From assembly GCA_048571215.1 (NCBI GenBank), contig CP182352.1, positions 3,168,001-3,232,000 of the forward strand: 64,000 nt of DNA, read 5' to 3'. Origin of the DNA: Halarcobacter sp. GTDB taxonomy: Bacteria; Campylobacterota; Campylobacteria; Campylobacterales; Arcobacteraceae. Below the pieces are notes generated by a model. The model was not told the origin of the DNA, did no database searches, and saw only the letters and a list, made by a program, of their open reading frames with translations. The translations under genes and the position numbers were made by a program. Positions 30,801-45,800 of the stretch are shown piece by piece (positions within the stretch are counted from its first letter, which is position 1; every line of letters begins with the position of its first letter).

Positions 30801-33800
30801 TAATAAACTACTTGACAATAAAGAAGTAGCTGTATTTGTTAGATTAGAAGCTGTTATATCTACATTTCCTGATGTTGTAATACTATCTAGAATTAAATCA
30901 TCACTTTCATTAATAGTTACATCACCACTTGCAGTTGCTGTTAAAGTAGATACTTTTGTATTAATATCTGCACTTGTTACATCTAAACTTAATAAACTAC
31001 TTGACAATAAAGAAGTAGCTGTATTTGTTAGATTAGAAGCTGTTATATCTACATTTCCTGATGTTGTAATACTATCTAGAATTAAATCATCACTTTCTTG
31101 AATAAATATATCACCACTTGTTGTATTTGAAGCAGTAAGTGATGCTATTGTTGTATCTATATCTGCATCCCCATTTGCTCCTATACCTGTTGCTGCAACT
31201 AAACTAACTACTGTTGTAGTTCCTTTTATATTTGCATCTTCTGTATCTAGGTTATCACTAATATTTCCATTTGTTGCTGTTATATTTACATTTGAGCTTG
31301 TATCTATTACTGATAGTGCTACATTTGTATTTGCTGTATATGTTACAACTCCACTTGTACTTGTTGTATTTTTACCACTATTCATGATAATTGAACCAGC
31401 ACTTGATACTACATCTATATTTCCAGCTACAGAACTAATAGCTCCATCTTGTGTGATATCTCCTAGGCTTGATACAATATTTACTACACCTAAGTTTGAA
31501 CTTTGTGTTATTGCATCTATTGTTAAAGTATCTGTTTCTTTAACATATATATCTCCACTTGTTGCATTTGTGATATCTATATTTGATACTGTTGTATTAA
31601 TATCATCTACACTTGTTCCAACCCCTGTATTAGAGTTTATTGTTAATACATCTGCTATTACATTTGCTGTTTCTGCACTTAGGTTATCACTAATATTTCC
31701 ATTTGTTGCTGTTATATTTACATTTGAGCTTGTATCTATTACTGATAGTGCTACATTTGTATTTGCTGTATATGTTACAACTCCATTTGTACTTGTTGTA
31801 TTTTTACCACTATTCATGATAATTGAACCAGCACTTGATACTACATCTATATTTCCAGCTACAGAACTAATAGCTCCATCTTGTGTGATATCTCCTAGAG
31901 TTGATACAATATTTACTACACCTAAGTTTGAACTTTGTGTTATTGCATCTATTGTTAAAGTATCTGTTTCTTTAACATATATATCTCCACTTGTTGCATT
32001 TGTGATATCTATATTTGATACTGTTGTATTAATATCATCTACACTTGTTCCAACCCCTGTATTAGAGTTTATTGTTAATACATCTGCTATTACATTTGCT
32101 GTTTCTGCACTTAGGTTATCACTAATATTTCCATTTGTTGCTGTTATATTTACATTTGAGCTTGTATCTATTACTGATAGTGCTACATTTGTATTTGCTG
32201 TATATGTTACAACTCCATTTGTACTTGTTGTATTTTTACCACTATTCATGATAATTGAACCAGCACTTGATACTACATCTATATTTCCAGCTACAGAACT
32301 AATAGCTCCATCTTGTGTGATATCTCCTAGAGTTGATACAATATTTACTACACCTAAGTTTGAACTTTGTGTTATTGCATCTATTGTTAAAGTATCTGTT
32401 TCTTTAACATATATATCTCCACTTGTTGCATTTGTGATATCTATATTTGATACTGTTGTATTAAGGTTATTTGCTTGTGTTCCTATACCGTTTGTTGCAT
32501 CTAATATTAGCTTATCAGAAATAATACTTACACTATTATCTGCTCTATCTAAAATAGAACCATTTGCAATTAATGAAACTGTTCCTGTTGAGTTTATACT
32601 ATCTTGTGCATCATCTGTTCTTGCTGTTGTTAATCCATTTGTTCCAACTTTATTAACACTTATTGCTTCAACATTATCTATTAAGATATCTTTACTATTA
32701 TCTAAATATAAACCATTTTTATTTACAACAGCACTTAATACATTTATAGAAGTTTCAATATTTTGTGTATTTGCTCCTACTACTCCTGCTCCACTTAAAT
32801 AAACTCTTAATTTATTTGCTGTTATATCTGTATTTGTATCACCTGAGTCACTAAATACTCCTGTTAGGAATAATGAAACATTTGCAGTTCCTGCGTTTAA
32901 TGATGAGATAGAGAAATCTTTTGCTTTTACTCTAATATTTGAATCACTTGTACTTACTTGTGAAGCATCACTCATAATCACATTTCCTGCTGTACTAAAA
33001 ATATCTATAGTTTTATTTGCAGTTTGAGTAGTTACATTGTCATTTATATTTATATTAGCACTTGCATCTAAAGTGATATTCCCACCGGTACTTAGTATTT
33101 GTGCATTTGAAGTGATATTAGTAGCAGATTTTACAAGAATATTTCCACTAGCTTCTATATTTCCTGTTATATCTAAGGTTGTTATTACACCACTTGCTTG
33201 TAATACTAAATTACCTAATGATGAAAGTTTTGTTTGTAGGGCATCTATTGTATTACTTGTAGATGCATCTGTACCTATTGTAGTAACAGTTATAGCTGAT
33301 GTTTGACCTATATTTACAGCATTTGCTTCTTTAACAAATACATCTCCAGAAACATTCGCACTTAAAGTTGCAAGATCTGTTTTTAAATTACTTGCATTTG
33401 TACCTAAGGTGCTTGCAGTTATTTTTAATTCATCTGCTTTTACATTATTAAATGGTGCAGTTGATATTAAATTATTTGTAATAGTTGTTGCAAGTAAACT
33501 AACATCACTAGTAGTTACAATTTGTCCTAAGCTTAATGTTGTTGTTGAAGCATATCTTACATTTGCAGCTGTTGCATCTGTTTTTGAAGTACTTGCCATT
33601 GATATAGCATTTGCTTGTACATCCACTGTTCCTACGGTTGTGATATTCGCATTTTGCGCAAATGTCCCACCTGTGATTATTGATAAAGCACCTGATGTTG
33701 AACTTAAGGCACTACTTAATGTTATATTATCTGCTTTTAATAGTGTATCGCCATTTGAAGAAACTGTAGCATTAGAAGTTACATCTATATCTCCACTTGC

Positions 33801-36800
33801 ACTTACTAAAATTAATTTATCTGTTGATACTAAATTCTCTTGGGCACTATTTGCTGTAGCTGTTATACTTCCATCACTATTCACCCCATTTACATCTACA
33901 CTTACAGAGTCTATTGATAAACCATCACTTTCACTTACAAACAATCCAGCACCTTTAGCACTTAAAGTTGTAACTGTTGTCTCTATGTGATTTGTTGCTG
34001 TTCCTATAAAACCTGTTATATCTAACAATAAGCTTGATGCTTGAATATCCACATCACTATTTGTTGTATCTATTGCATCTGTATCTACTAAATTACCAAG
34101 TGCTGTAATTGATACACTTCCTGTTCCTGCATTGATACTCTCAATATTTACATCATTTCCTGCATCTAATAAAATATTTCCACTATTTGTTGTAGCTATT
34201 TGTGTACCATCTGCCATTGTAATATCATTTAATGCTATTACTTGAATTGTTTTTGTTGCAGTTGATGCTATGATATTTGCATTTACTAATACATCATTAT
34301 CTGAAACTATTGAAATGTTTCCATTATTTGAAGTTACTATTCCATTTAATGTTATATCAAAGGCTTCATCATTAGCTACATCTTCTGTTGTTAATAGAAT
34401 ATTATTATTTGCTGTTATTGTTCCTGCTGTTATTGCTCCATTTATTGTTGAAACTACTGCATTACCTGTTGTTCCTAAAGCACTAAGTGAAGTTATACTT
34501 AAATCATCACTTTCTTGAATAAATATATCACCACTTGTTGTATTTGAAGCAGTAAGTGATGCTATTGTTGTATCTATATCTGCATCCCCACTTGCTCCTA
34601 TACCTGTTGCTGCAACTAAACTAACTACTGTTGTAGTTCCTTTTATATTTGCATCTTCTGTATCTAGGTTATCACTAATATTTCCATTTGTTGCTGTTAT
34701 ATTTACATTTGAGCTTGTATCTATTACTGATAGTGCTACATTTGTATTTGCTGTATATGTTACAACTCCACTTGTACTTGTTGTATTTTTACCACTATTC
34801 ATGATAATTGAACCAGCACTTGATACTACATCTATATTTCCAGCTACAGAACTAATAGCTCCATCTTGTGTGATATCTCCTAGGCTTGATACAATATTTA
34901 CTACACCTAAGTTTGAACTTTGTGTTATTGCATCTATTGTTAAAGTATCTGTTTCTTTAACATATATATCTCCACTTGTTGCATTTGTGATATCTATATT
35001 TGATACTGTTGTATTAATATCATCTACACTTGTTCCAACCCCTGTATTAGAGTTTATTGTTAATACATCTGCTATTACATTTGCTGTTTCTGCACTTAGG
35101 TTATCACTTATATATCCATTTGTTGCACTTAAGTTTACATTTGCTGTTGTTGAAACCAACGATAGTTTTATATTATTAGCTGCATTTAGGGTTATATCAT
35201 CTTGAGCTATTATGTTTTTACCATCAGTTATAGTAATAGAACCTGTTGTTGAAGTTATTGCTACTTCCCCACTTGAAGATATATTACTTTGAAGTGCATC
35301 TTCTGTATTTGTAGTACTTGCATCTGTATTTATTGTTGTAACACTTATTGCTGATGTTTCATTTATAGTAAGATTACCTGCTTGTGTTATAAATAAACTT
35401 CCACCATTTGAGCTTAATGTTGAAATATCTGTTTCAATGTAATCTAAAGTAGTTGCTGTTGAACCACTAACAGTTAATTTTAATTCATCTGCTGTGATAT
35501 TATTTGTATTAGCATTTGCATCACTAATTGAACTTGCAAGTAAACTAACATCACTAGTAGTTACAATTTGTCCTAAGCTTAATGTTGTTGTTGAAGCATA
35601 TCTTACATTTGCAGCTGTTGCATCTGTTTTTGAAGTACTTGCCATTGATATAGCATTTGCTTGTACATCCACTGTTCCTACGGTTGTGATATTCGCATTT
35701 TGCGCAAATGTCCCACCTGTGATTATTGATAAAGCACCTGATGTTGAACTTAAGGCACTACTTAATGTTATATTATCTGCTTTTAATAGTGTATCGCCAT
35801 TTGAAGAAACTGTAGCATTAGAAGTTACATCTATATCTCCACTTGCACTTACTAAAATTAATTTATCTGTTGATACTAAATTCTCTTGGGCACTATTTGC
35901 TGTAGCTGTTATACTTCCATCACTATTCACCCCATTTACATCTACACTTACAGAGTCTATTGATAAACCATCACTTTCACTTACAAACAATCCAGCACCT
36001 TTAGCACTTAAAGTTGTAACTGTTGTCTCTATGTGATTTGTTGCTGTTCCTATAAAACCTGTTATATCTAACAATAAGCTTGATGCTTGAATATCCACAT
36101 CACTATTTGTTGTATCTATTGCATCTGTATCTACTAAATTACCAAGTGCTGTAATTGATACACTTCCTGTTCCTGCATTGATACTCTCAATATTTACATC
36201 ATTTCCTGCATCTAATAAAATATTTCCACTATTTGTTGTAGCTATTTGTGTACCATCTGCCATTGTAATATCATTTAATGCTATTACTTGAATTGTTTTT
36301 GTTGCAGTTGATGCTATGATATTTGCATTTACTAATACATCATTATCTGAAACTATTGAAATGTTTCCATTATTTGAAGTTACTATTCCATTTAATGTTA
36401 TATCAAAGGCTTCATCATTAGCTACATCTTCTGTTGTTAATAGAATATTATTATTTGCTGTTATTGTTCCTGCTGTTATTGCTCCATTTATTGTTGAAAC
36501 TACTGCATTACCTGTTGTTCCTAAAGCACTAAGTGAAGTTATACTTAAATCATCACTTTCTTGAATAAATATATCACCACTTGTTGTATTTGAAGCAGTA
36601 AGTGATGCTATTGTTGTATCTATATCTGCATCCCCACTTGCTCCTATACCTGTTGCTGCAACTAAACTAACTACTGTTGTAGTTCCTTTTATATTTGCAT
36701 CTTCTGTATCTAGGTTATCACTAATATTTCCATTTGTTGCTGTTATATTTACATTTGAGCTTGTATCTATTACTGATAGTGCTACATTTGTATTTGCTGT

Positions 36801-39800
36801 ATATGTTACAACTCCACTTGTACTTGTTGTATTTTTACCACTATTCATGATAATTGAACCAGCACTTGATACTACATCTATATTTCCAGCTACAGAACTA
36901 ATAGCTCCATCTTGTGTGATATCTCCTAGGCTTGATACAATATTTACTACACCTAAGTTTGAACTTTGTGTTATTGCATCTATTGTTAAAGTATCTGTTT
37001 CTTTAACATATATATCTCCACTTGTTGCATTTGTGATATCTATATTTGATACTGTTGTATTAATATCATCTACACTTGTTCCAACCCCTGTATTAGAGTT
37101 TATTGTTAATACATCTGCTATTACATTTGCTGTTTCTGCACTTAGGTTATCACTTATATATCCATTTGTTGCACTTAAGTTTACATTTGCTGTTGTTGAA
37201 ACCAACGATAGTTTTATATTATTAGCTGCATTTAGGGTTATATCTGCACTATTAGAACTTTTTGTTAGGGTGTCATTATTCATAATGATTGAACCAGCAA
37301 TTGAACTTAAAGTTATAGTTCCACTTGTTGAGTTAATATCTCCATCTTGTGTTATATCTCCTAGAGTTGCTACAACACTTATATTACCTGCTAAGGTTTG
37401 TGTTATTGCATCTATTGTTAAAGTATCTGTTTCTTTAACATATATATCTCCACTTGTTGCATTTGTGATATCTATATTTGATACTGTTGTATTAATATCA
37501 TCTACACTTGTTCCAACCCCTGTATTAGAGTTTATTGTTAATACATCTGCTATTACATTTGCTGTTTCTGCACTTAGGTTATCACTAATATTTCCACTTG
37601 TTGCACTTAGGTTTACATTTGCTGCTGTTGAAACTAATGATAATTTTATATTATCATTTGCAGTGTAATTTATAATACCATTTGTAGATGAAGCACTTGT
37701 TGCATCAGCCATAACAATAGAATCATTATATGAAGTGATATTTATTGCCCCTGCTGCATATGTATGTGTTATATTTGCATTTATATTTATATTTCCATCA
37801 GCTTTTAAATTAACATTCTCTCCCGCACTAGTAATCGTTTCATTTACATTAACTACTGTATCTATCCCTGTATCTTTTGCTTGGATAGTTAAGCTTCCAC
37901 TTCCTGCATTACTAACCCCATTTTGTCCTGATGCTATTGTGATATTACCATTTTGAGTAGTTAAGCTTGTTGTTCCACCTGTTGCACTTTGAGATAATCT
38001 ATTTACTACTATATCTCCTCCACTTGCTAGCTCATTTATTTTTATATTCCCTGTCCCTAAGTTTTGGGCATCTAATGTTGTAACTTTTGTAAACATTAAA
38101 TCTATCCCTGTTTGTGAACTTACTGTAAGGGTATTTGAAACTAACTCTTCACTTGTTAATCCATCTGTAGAATCATTAATTTGTGAAATCTTACCTGATT
38201 GTGAATATAAAGTTATATCACTTGACTGGGCTTCTATATAGTTTGAAATAGTTATATTATTTATTGCATCTAAAGTGATATCTCCTGATGCTATTAATTT
38301 ATTATATTCATTTGAATAATCTTCTATTTTTATACTTCCACCATATATCTCTACATTATCTTTAAACGTTAATTGATTTGATGCTATTACACCTACTCTT
38401 ACTTCTCCAACTGCTGTTGATTTTGTATGGTTATCTATATCTTTATGTCCAAATATTATTTTAGAGAAACCATCTGTTAGTGTCCCCATTTCTGTTGCTG
38501 TTATATTTAGAGTATTTGCTGTTGTTTCTAGTGGTGGTGATGAAATTGACATATCATAACTTGTATTTGTTGGTCTTAATGTTAAGGTTCCTGCACCTGT
38601 ACTTGTTATTGATTCTTCTCCACCTTTGAAGTTTATCTCATTACCTTCAATTAAAATATCTCCACCTGCAGAAACGCCATCTTCAAACACTACTAAGTCT
38701 GCACCTATTATTGTTAGGTTTCCACTTAGTGTAAGTTGTTGATTAAAGGTTACTGTTCCTGTAGCATAAATATAAATATCTCCATCTACATTTACTTCCC
38801 CTTTAAAGGTAACATTTTCGGCACCTTCACTATTATCACTTGTATCTAAAATACTTAGACCTTCTAATTGGTCTGTGTATCCCACTGTACTATTTACAAC
38901 TATACTTCCACCATTTGCATTTAAGTTTAATGTATCTGTTGTTCCAGCATTACCATCTAATCTGTGAGTTGTTGATGCTCCTAGGGTAATATTACCTGTA
39001 CCATCTGTTCCTGCTGTTATTGAGTCATTACTTGTAACTACAATTGAATCACTTATTAATACATCATCTGCCAATGATATTGCTGTATCTGATCCACCTG
39101 ATCCAAAGTTTAAGGTATGTCCTGATCCATATATACTTAATGATGTACCTTCCCCTCCTATGAGATTATCATAGATGTACATCTCCCCTCCCAGGTTTGG
39201 ATTATTAACCACTAGAGAATTTTTTAAGTTAATATCAACATTTGAAGAATCATCTTGATCTCCAAAGATAATTATATTTCTACTGGTTTCATCACCTAAA
39301 ATAACAGAATTAAATCCCTCTTGAATAAAACCTAGTTCAGTTGAGTCTAAATACATAGAACCTGTAGTATCGTCAATTGTAGTACCAATGAAAACTTTTT
39401 TATTAGAAGTTGGATCAGATGCTTTAATATTTAAGTTTGCACCAACACTTCTAATTTCACTTGTAATAGTGATATCTTCTGAGGTAATATCTATATCTTC
39501 ACCACTTGCATCTAGGGCATTTGTAATCTCTTGAGTACCGCCTAGACTGGTTACATTTGTAGCACCACCTTTTGAACCTGCTTTATCACTTCCTATAACT
39601 TCAACACCATCCATAGTTGTAATAAATACATTATCTTTATTTGCACTATACATGGTTAATTCACTAGCATCAATTACAATAGATAATGCAATTTTTTCTA
39701 AAGCTTCTCTTGCCTCTTTTTGATCAGCTGTTTCGCTTGTTGGGTCAACTGCATCTGAGCTAGGTCTACCACCAATACTATTTTTAGCTTCAAGGGTAAG

Positions 39801-42800
39801 TAATCCTTGAGTTTGAATATAACTACCACCAGCTTTTCTTAATATAGTGTCATTTGTTAATTCATCATAAGATTGTGCATTTACAACTTTTATCTCTCCT
39901 GTATTTACATCTGTTTGGAATTTGAAGTTTTTAAATGCCCAAACTAAACTGTCATCAAAGTCATATTTCCCACTTCCATCTTTAAGCCATAGTAGATTTT
40001 CAATATCATTCAAAATAGAACCAGAAGAGGCAATAAGAGTAACACCTCCTATTCCATCAACTTTTATCCCTTCTTTTAATATTAAGTTTCCTTGTTCTGT
40101 AATAACTTCAACACTTCCACCACTTGTATTGATATCAGAATTTAGAGTAAAGAAACTATTTGTCCCACCTGCATAGATACTAAGTGAACCATCTTGTGAA
40201 GTGATACCTGTACCTTGAACAATTATTTCCCCATTAATAGTTTCAAAATCAATATTACCAGAACCTCCTTGAACTATTGAATTGATTTTTAATCCATCAA
40301 GTTCAGTAAATGAGATATCTTTTGAAGTACTATTCGTGATATCTATAGTGTCAACTTTAGTTTCAATAGAACCAAATACACCAGTACCAATACCAGTTGC
40401 AGATTTTAAAGTTACTAGATTAGTTGTAGCTGTAATATCAGCTGCACCTTCACCCGCATCAAGTATAGCTCCACTAGTAGAGGTGATATTAACTGCACTT
40501 AAATTTCCTGTATATGTACTAATCAATTTACCTATAGTAATATGATCTTGAGAAGTTATAGTTATAATATCTGAGGTTTGTATGACTGTTTCTACACTCA
40601 TTGTAAGTTTACCTGTACCTGCATCTATAGATATAGCTGAAGCAGAATTGATATCTGCTTGCTCATTCATAATAATACCACTACCTGCTGATAATGATAT
40701 ATCTGCATTTTCTGATGAGATAGGGCTATTTAAAGTAAGAGTACCAGTATTGTCTTTTCCAGCAGAAATATTTACAGTACTAGTTCCTGTTGCAATTATC
40801 TTATCATTTAACACCATATTTCCATTTGCATTTAGTGTTACATTTGCTGTAGTATCATTTCTAGTAAGGGTATTTATCGTTACATCATTTGTTTCATTTA
40901 CAATTACTTCACCATTTGAGATTATTTTTAGAGTATCTGCATCTAATGTTAAAGTTACATTACTTCCAGAAGTGATAACAACATCTTTAGCATCACTTAG
41001 TCCTTTAATTGTAACAGAACCCGTCGCTGTTATATTTATATTTCCAACTATACCAGTAATAGAATCAAAAACTACATCTCCAATAACATCAAAGTCTATA
41101 TCTCCACCATTCATAGCCAATGAAGTAACAGTTAAATCTCCATTTTGTTCAACATTTACATCTCCTGCACCTGTAACATCTAGTTCTAGATTATTAATTT
41201 CACTTTTTACTGAGAAGCTATCTTTTGCTGTAACATTTAAAGTATCAGCCGTAACTGTTCCCCCTAAACTAATGCCACCGTTTGCCGCATTTAAATTTAT
41301 AGTTCCACCATCTGTTCCATTTCCAACATTAAGTTCTGATACGATTGCTAAATCTGTTCCAGCAGTAAAAGTAATGTTCTCACCATTACCTGATGATTTA
41401 AATTTTGCAACTGTTAAACTCCCTGTTGCTTCTATAGAAGAATCTGTCGTAACTATATAAGGAATAATTAAAACTTTATCTCCATCATAAGAGTTAACAA
41501 AACTATTTGTAACTGTAGTATCTGATACAACTGCATTTGTAGTTGAAGTGTTAGCAACTTCAATATCATTTAGTCCTTCCCCTACATCATCTGCTGTGTT
41601 CATCATTTTGATAGTTGCACCACTACCTTTTATATAAACTTGTTTTGCAAATACATCAACTTCATTTTGGTCATCATCAAGTTCTGTTAAACTTCCTGCA
41701 AAATCAAGAACTACAACAGTGTTCTCTTTTAGTGACCCAGCTAATGAACCAGATTCTACATAGTCTACCCTCATATCACCAACTGAGCTTAGGAATATAT
41801 TATTTCCTGTAAAGCTTGATTTGTATCCTTCTTCATCCATTAGAGAATTTGCATTATTTTGTGCAGCTTGAGATGCACTTAATAGTGTATCATAACTACT
41901 TTGGGCATTGTCTTTTGTTGATTGTGCAGTAGTTAATGTATCGTTTAATGCACTTGCATCTGTTAAATCAGCTTTTGTTTGAGCAGCATCTTTAATAGAT
42001 GTTAATTGATTTTGTAAAGTAATATAAGCAGTAGCAGCATTGTCATAGTTTATTTGAGCTGTTATTTTTAAATTTTTCTTTTCAGATAATATTGCATTTG
42101 CATCAGTATAAGCAGTTTTCTTAGTGTCACTTTCAGCTAAAGTTGTAGCTTTATTTGTATTTTTAGTATTTAAATCATAGTTTGTTGAAATGGTTGTTAA
42201 AACATTGGCTAAATCATAATTATTGTTATAGTTTGTTATTGCTGATGATAAGTTAGTATTAGCAGTTGTTAAAGCACTATTTGTATCGTTTGATAATGTT
42301 GAAATACTTCCTCTAAGTGTTCCTATATCTGTAACCATCTGAGCTGTAGTATTTTGTGTTGCATCAGATTTCGCTTTTGCAGCAGTTGCTTGAGATACTA
42401 AAGAATCTGCATAGGTTTTAGCACTTTGTGCTTTTGTTTTTGCATCCGTACCATCTGCAAGAGAAGATACTAAGTTCGCTACACTTGTTTGTATTGCTTT
42501 TGCATTGTTAAAAGCTGTTGTCATTGCATCTTTTAAAGTTGTAGTAACTGTACCACTTTGAAGGTTTGTTATAGCTGTTTTAACTTCATCTGCCACTGTT
42601 AATAGTTGAGTTGTAACAGTTTTAACAGAAGTTATATCTACAACTACTTGTGCATTAGATACTAGAGTAGAACTTCCATCAACTATTGCTTTTAATGAAT
42701 TAGCCAAAGCTTGTAAGTCTGTTTTCGTTGTAGTATAATCAACCAATAAACGAGCATCATTATCCATTTTACTTGCTAAATCTATAGAACTAGCTTCTGT

Positions 42801-45800
42801 TACTAAACCATTTGTTGTAGCAGTTGCATTAGTTGATTTGTTAAGAATACTTGATGCATTTCCACTTGCTATAGCATCCTTAAAGTCACTTATATTGGTT
42901 TGTGCATTTGTTACATTAGGAACAATTAAGTTAAAGGCATAAGCAAGATCATATGCAGCAACAGCTGAATTATATGCATCTTTTGCAGTATTATATTCTG
43001 CAAGTTTTGTATCAACTGTTGCTTGTGCTGTTGCTACAGCAGCAGATGCATTAGTTAGGGCAGTTTGCGTAGTATTTTTATTTGCTGCTTCAGTACTGCT
43101 TGAGATATTGTCAAGATTAGTTTGAGCTGTTGTTAATGCTGCATCATCAGCTACTGCTTTATCATAAGCTGCTTGGGCACTTGCTAAAGAACTAATTGCT
43201 GCATCTAATGCAGTTTTTGCATTTATTAAGTCAGTATTATTTTCAGGACTTGAGGTGATAACTAAATTATCTGCTGTGTCTTTTGCAGTTATAACTTTAT
43301 ATGCGTCAAGTTTTCCACCGGCTGTAATATCTATTTTCCCATCATAAGCATATATATCTAAAAGTTTCACATCATCTGCTTCATTTATAATAATATTTCC
43401 AGTAGTAGTTGATTGAGCTGTTATAGTATCTACTAAAGTATTTAAAAGCATTCCCCCTTTTGTTGTAACAATTAAATCTTTACCTATAAAAATAGAACTA
43501 TCATCACTGCTTATCTCTGAAGCATTCATTTTTAGTGTGTTATTAGAGGCAATAATACCTCCTGTTACAGTTAATTTTTCACTTGTATTAGTATCTCCAT
43601 CATCTAAAGATATAGAGATGTTTTGTGCAGAATCAAAACCATCCAAACCACCTATAAAACCAGATAAATAAAAATTAGATTCTAGATTTATCGATATATC
43701 TTCTTTTGCTCTTATTTCAAAGTTTGTAGAGTCAATTCCTGTAGTATTTATTATGATATAACCTGTATTAAATTGAGCACCAGCATTATTTATCTTTTCA
43801 ACTGTTTTTGTACCTTCTGCGATAATCTTAACTTGACCAATATATCCTCCAGTACTTGAAACTATATCTCCTGTAATATTTATATTTTGAGCAGAAACTA
43901 ATTCCACATAGTTTTTAGCAGTAAGGGTCCCTGTAATAGATAAAGAGGAACCAGTTTCTAAAATAATAGAATCAGATGTGATATCAGCTGGTAATAATGC
44001 AGTCGTTTCACCTGGTGTATCTGTACCAAATTGGAATTTATCTCCAGCTCTATACTCAATAGAGCCACTTGCATTAAAGAATCTATAAAGATCAACAACT
44101 CCATCAGCCGCAAAACCAATACCTGTAGTATAGTGTAGAGAATCTCCACTTGTTGGTTTAGAAACAATTATATTTTTTTCTAAACTTTCTAATCTTATAT
44201 TGTCAGCAGTTAAAGAAGAGTTTTCTTTAACAAAAATAGAATTTTGGGCAATAATATTTATATTTGAAGTAGTATTTAAAGCTGATGATACTTCTAATAT
44301 AACTAAACCTTTAGTTACTTCTATGTCTCTATCACTTTCATATAACTCAATATTTCCTGATTCTGTAGTTATTTTAGTTAATTCATTTGCTATAAGTTCT
44401 AATCCAGTTATATCTGTTTTAGCTTCAAGGGTAATTTTATCTGCAACTATATCAGCATCTGTATCACTAAATGATTCATAAATTGCCCCTGCTGATTTAA
44501 TTATTAGATCACCAGTTGAGTTTATTGATGTTAATTTAGTTGAAACTGTTACTTCATTTATTTCATCATATGTATCTGTAAAGTATTCACCATTGATTAT
44601 TTCATAAGAACCAAATTTGATATTTTGGATTGAGATATCTTTTTGTGTTGCACTGGTTGTATTATTGATACTAATTACATTATCAACCCAAGTTGTTCCA
44701 TTATTTGGACTATTTGTATCTGTTTTTGAAATAAGATTTTTTATATCTATAGCACCATCTGATACTAAAGTAAAGTCACCATTATACACAATAACATCTT
44801 CTAATGTAAGTGATTTAGCTCCACTTTGAGTAATATTAACATCACCAATAGCATTTGATTCTAGTGAAATTTTTGATGCTTTCGTAAGTAAGGTTACATT
44901 TGTAAAAACATCAATTACAATCTCATCGGAATTTATAACGCCAGTAGTTTGAGAGATATTACCTTGTATATCAAATATAGCATCACCTCTTAATCCTAAT
45001 GTAATATTTTCTATTGTTACATTTGCTGTTGCAGAACCAATTTCATATGTATTTAATTTGAAATCATTTTTATCACTAGTTCCTAAAGTTTTTACATCTT
45101 TAACAATAGCATCACCAAATACATCTATTTTTATCTCACCATCCTGTGCCTGTGCTTTTGTGATTGTTAAATTTTTATCATTTTTGATTGAAATATCACC
45201 TTTATCTGTTAATGTTAAATCAACACTATTTACACTTGTATTTGCACTTATTTGAGATTCTGCTATAACATCTAAAGTATCACTTGTAACTAATCCTAAA
45301 GAGTGAAATAGTTTTCCACTTTCAATATTCATACTTATCGTATCTTTTGCTTCCAAGTTTGAACCTGTAAGTATTACATCTCCACCAATACTACCTGTAG
45401 TTAAAGTGATATCACTATTTGTATTTTCAACTTTAAGATTTGTTTCATAATCTCCAACTATAGAACCATCATTTATAGAACCAACAGTGCTATCACCTGC
45501 ATTTAATGTGATACTATCTTGAGCAGTTAAATTAGCACTAATTGCAATATTAGTTCCAGATTTTACAGTGATATCTTTTGCAGAAATCTCTAAAGTACCA
45601 TAAGTATATCCACCAACTGTATCATCTTCAACCACTTTTACTGTTTGATTAAATGCTGTTTCACTACCTAATGAGATATCATATTTTGAATTTATATTTG
45701 CACTTTCTGTTATAGTAAATGCTACAGAATCACTAATATCTATAGTATTTTTAGAATCTATTGAAATATTAGTTGCATTTATTTTACTTACTGTTTCAAC

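Larger units (their letters stand above)
27883..39185 (-). repeat. Large direct duplication, copy B (matches 14617-26405)
   Basis: See copy A. First mismatches are at 27882/14616 and 39186/26406. Confidence 0.9.

Noticed and set aside
15481..38000. Long plus-strand ORFs (658, 760, 784, 472 aa and others) antisense to the giant genes
   Set aside because: Shadow frames: a stop-free antisense unit multiplied by tandem repetition. They mirror the repeat boundaries and show no recognisable domains.
14617..39185. The large duplication as a mobile element or composite transposon
   Set aside because: No transposase, integrase, terminal inverted repeats or target-site duplication; the boundaries fall inside homologous coding sequence.
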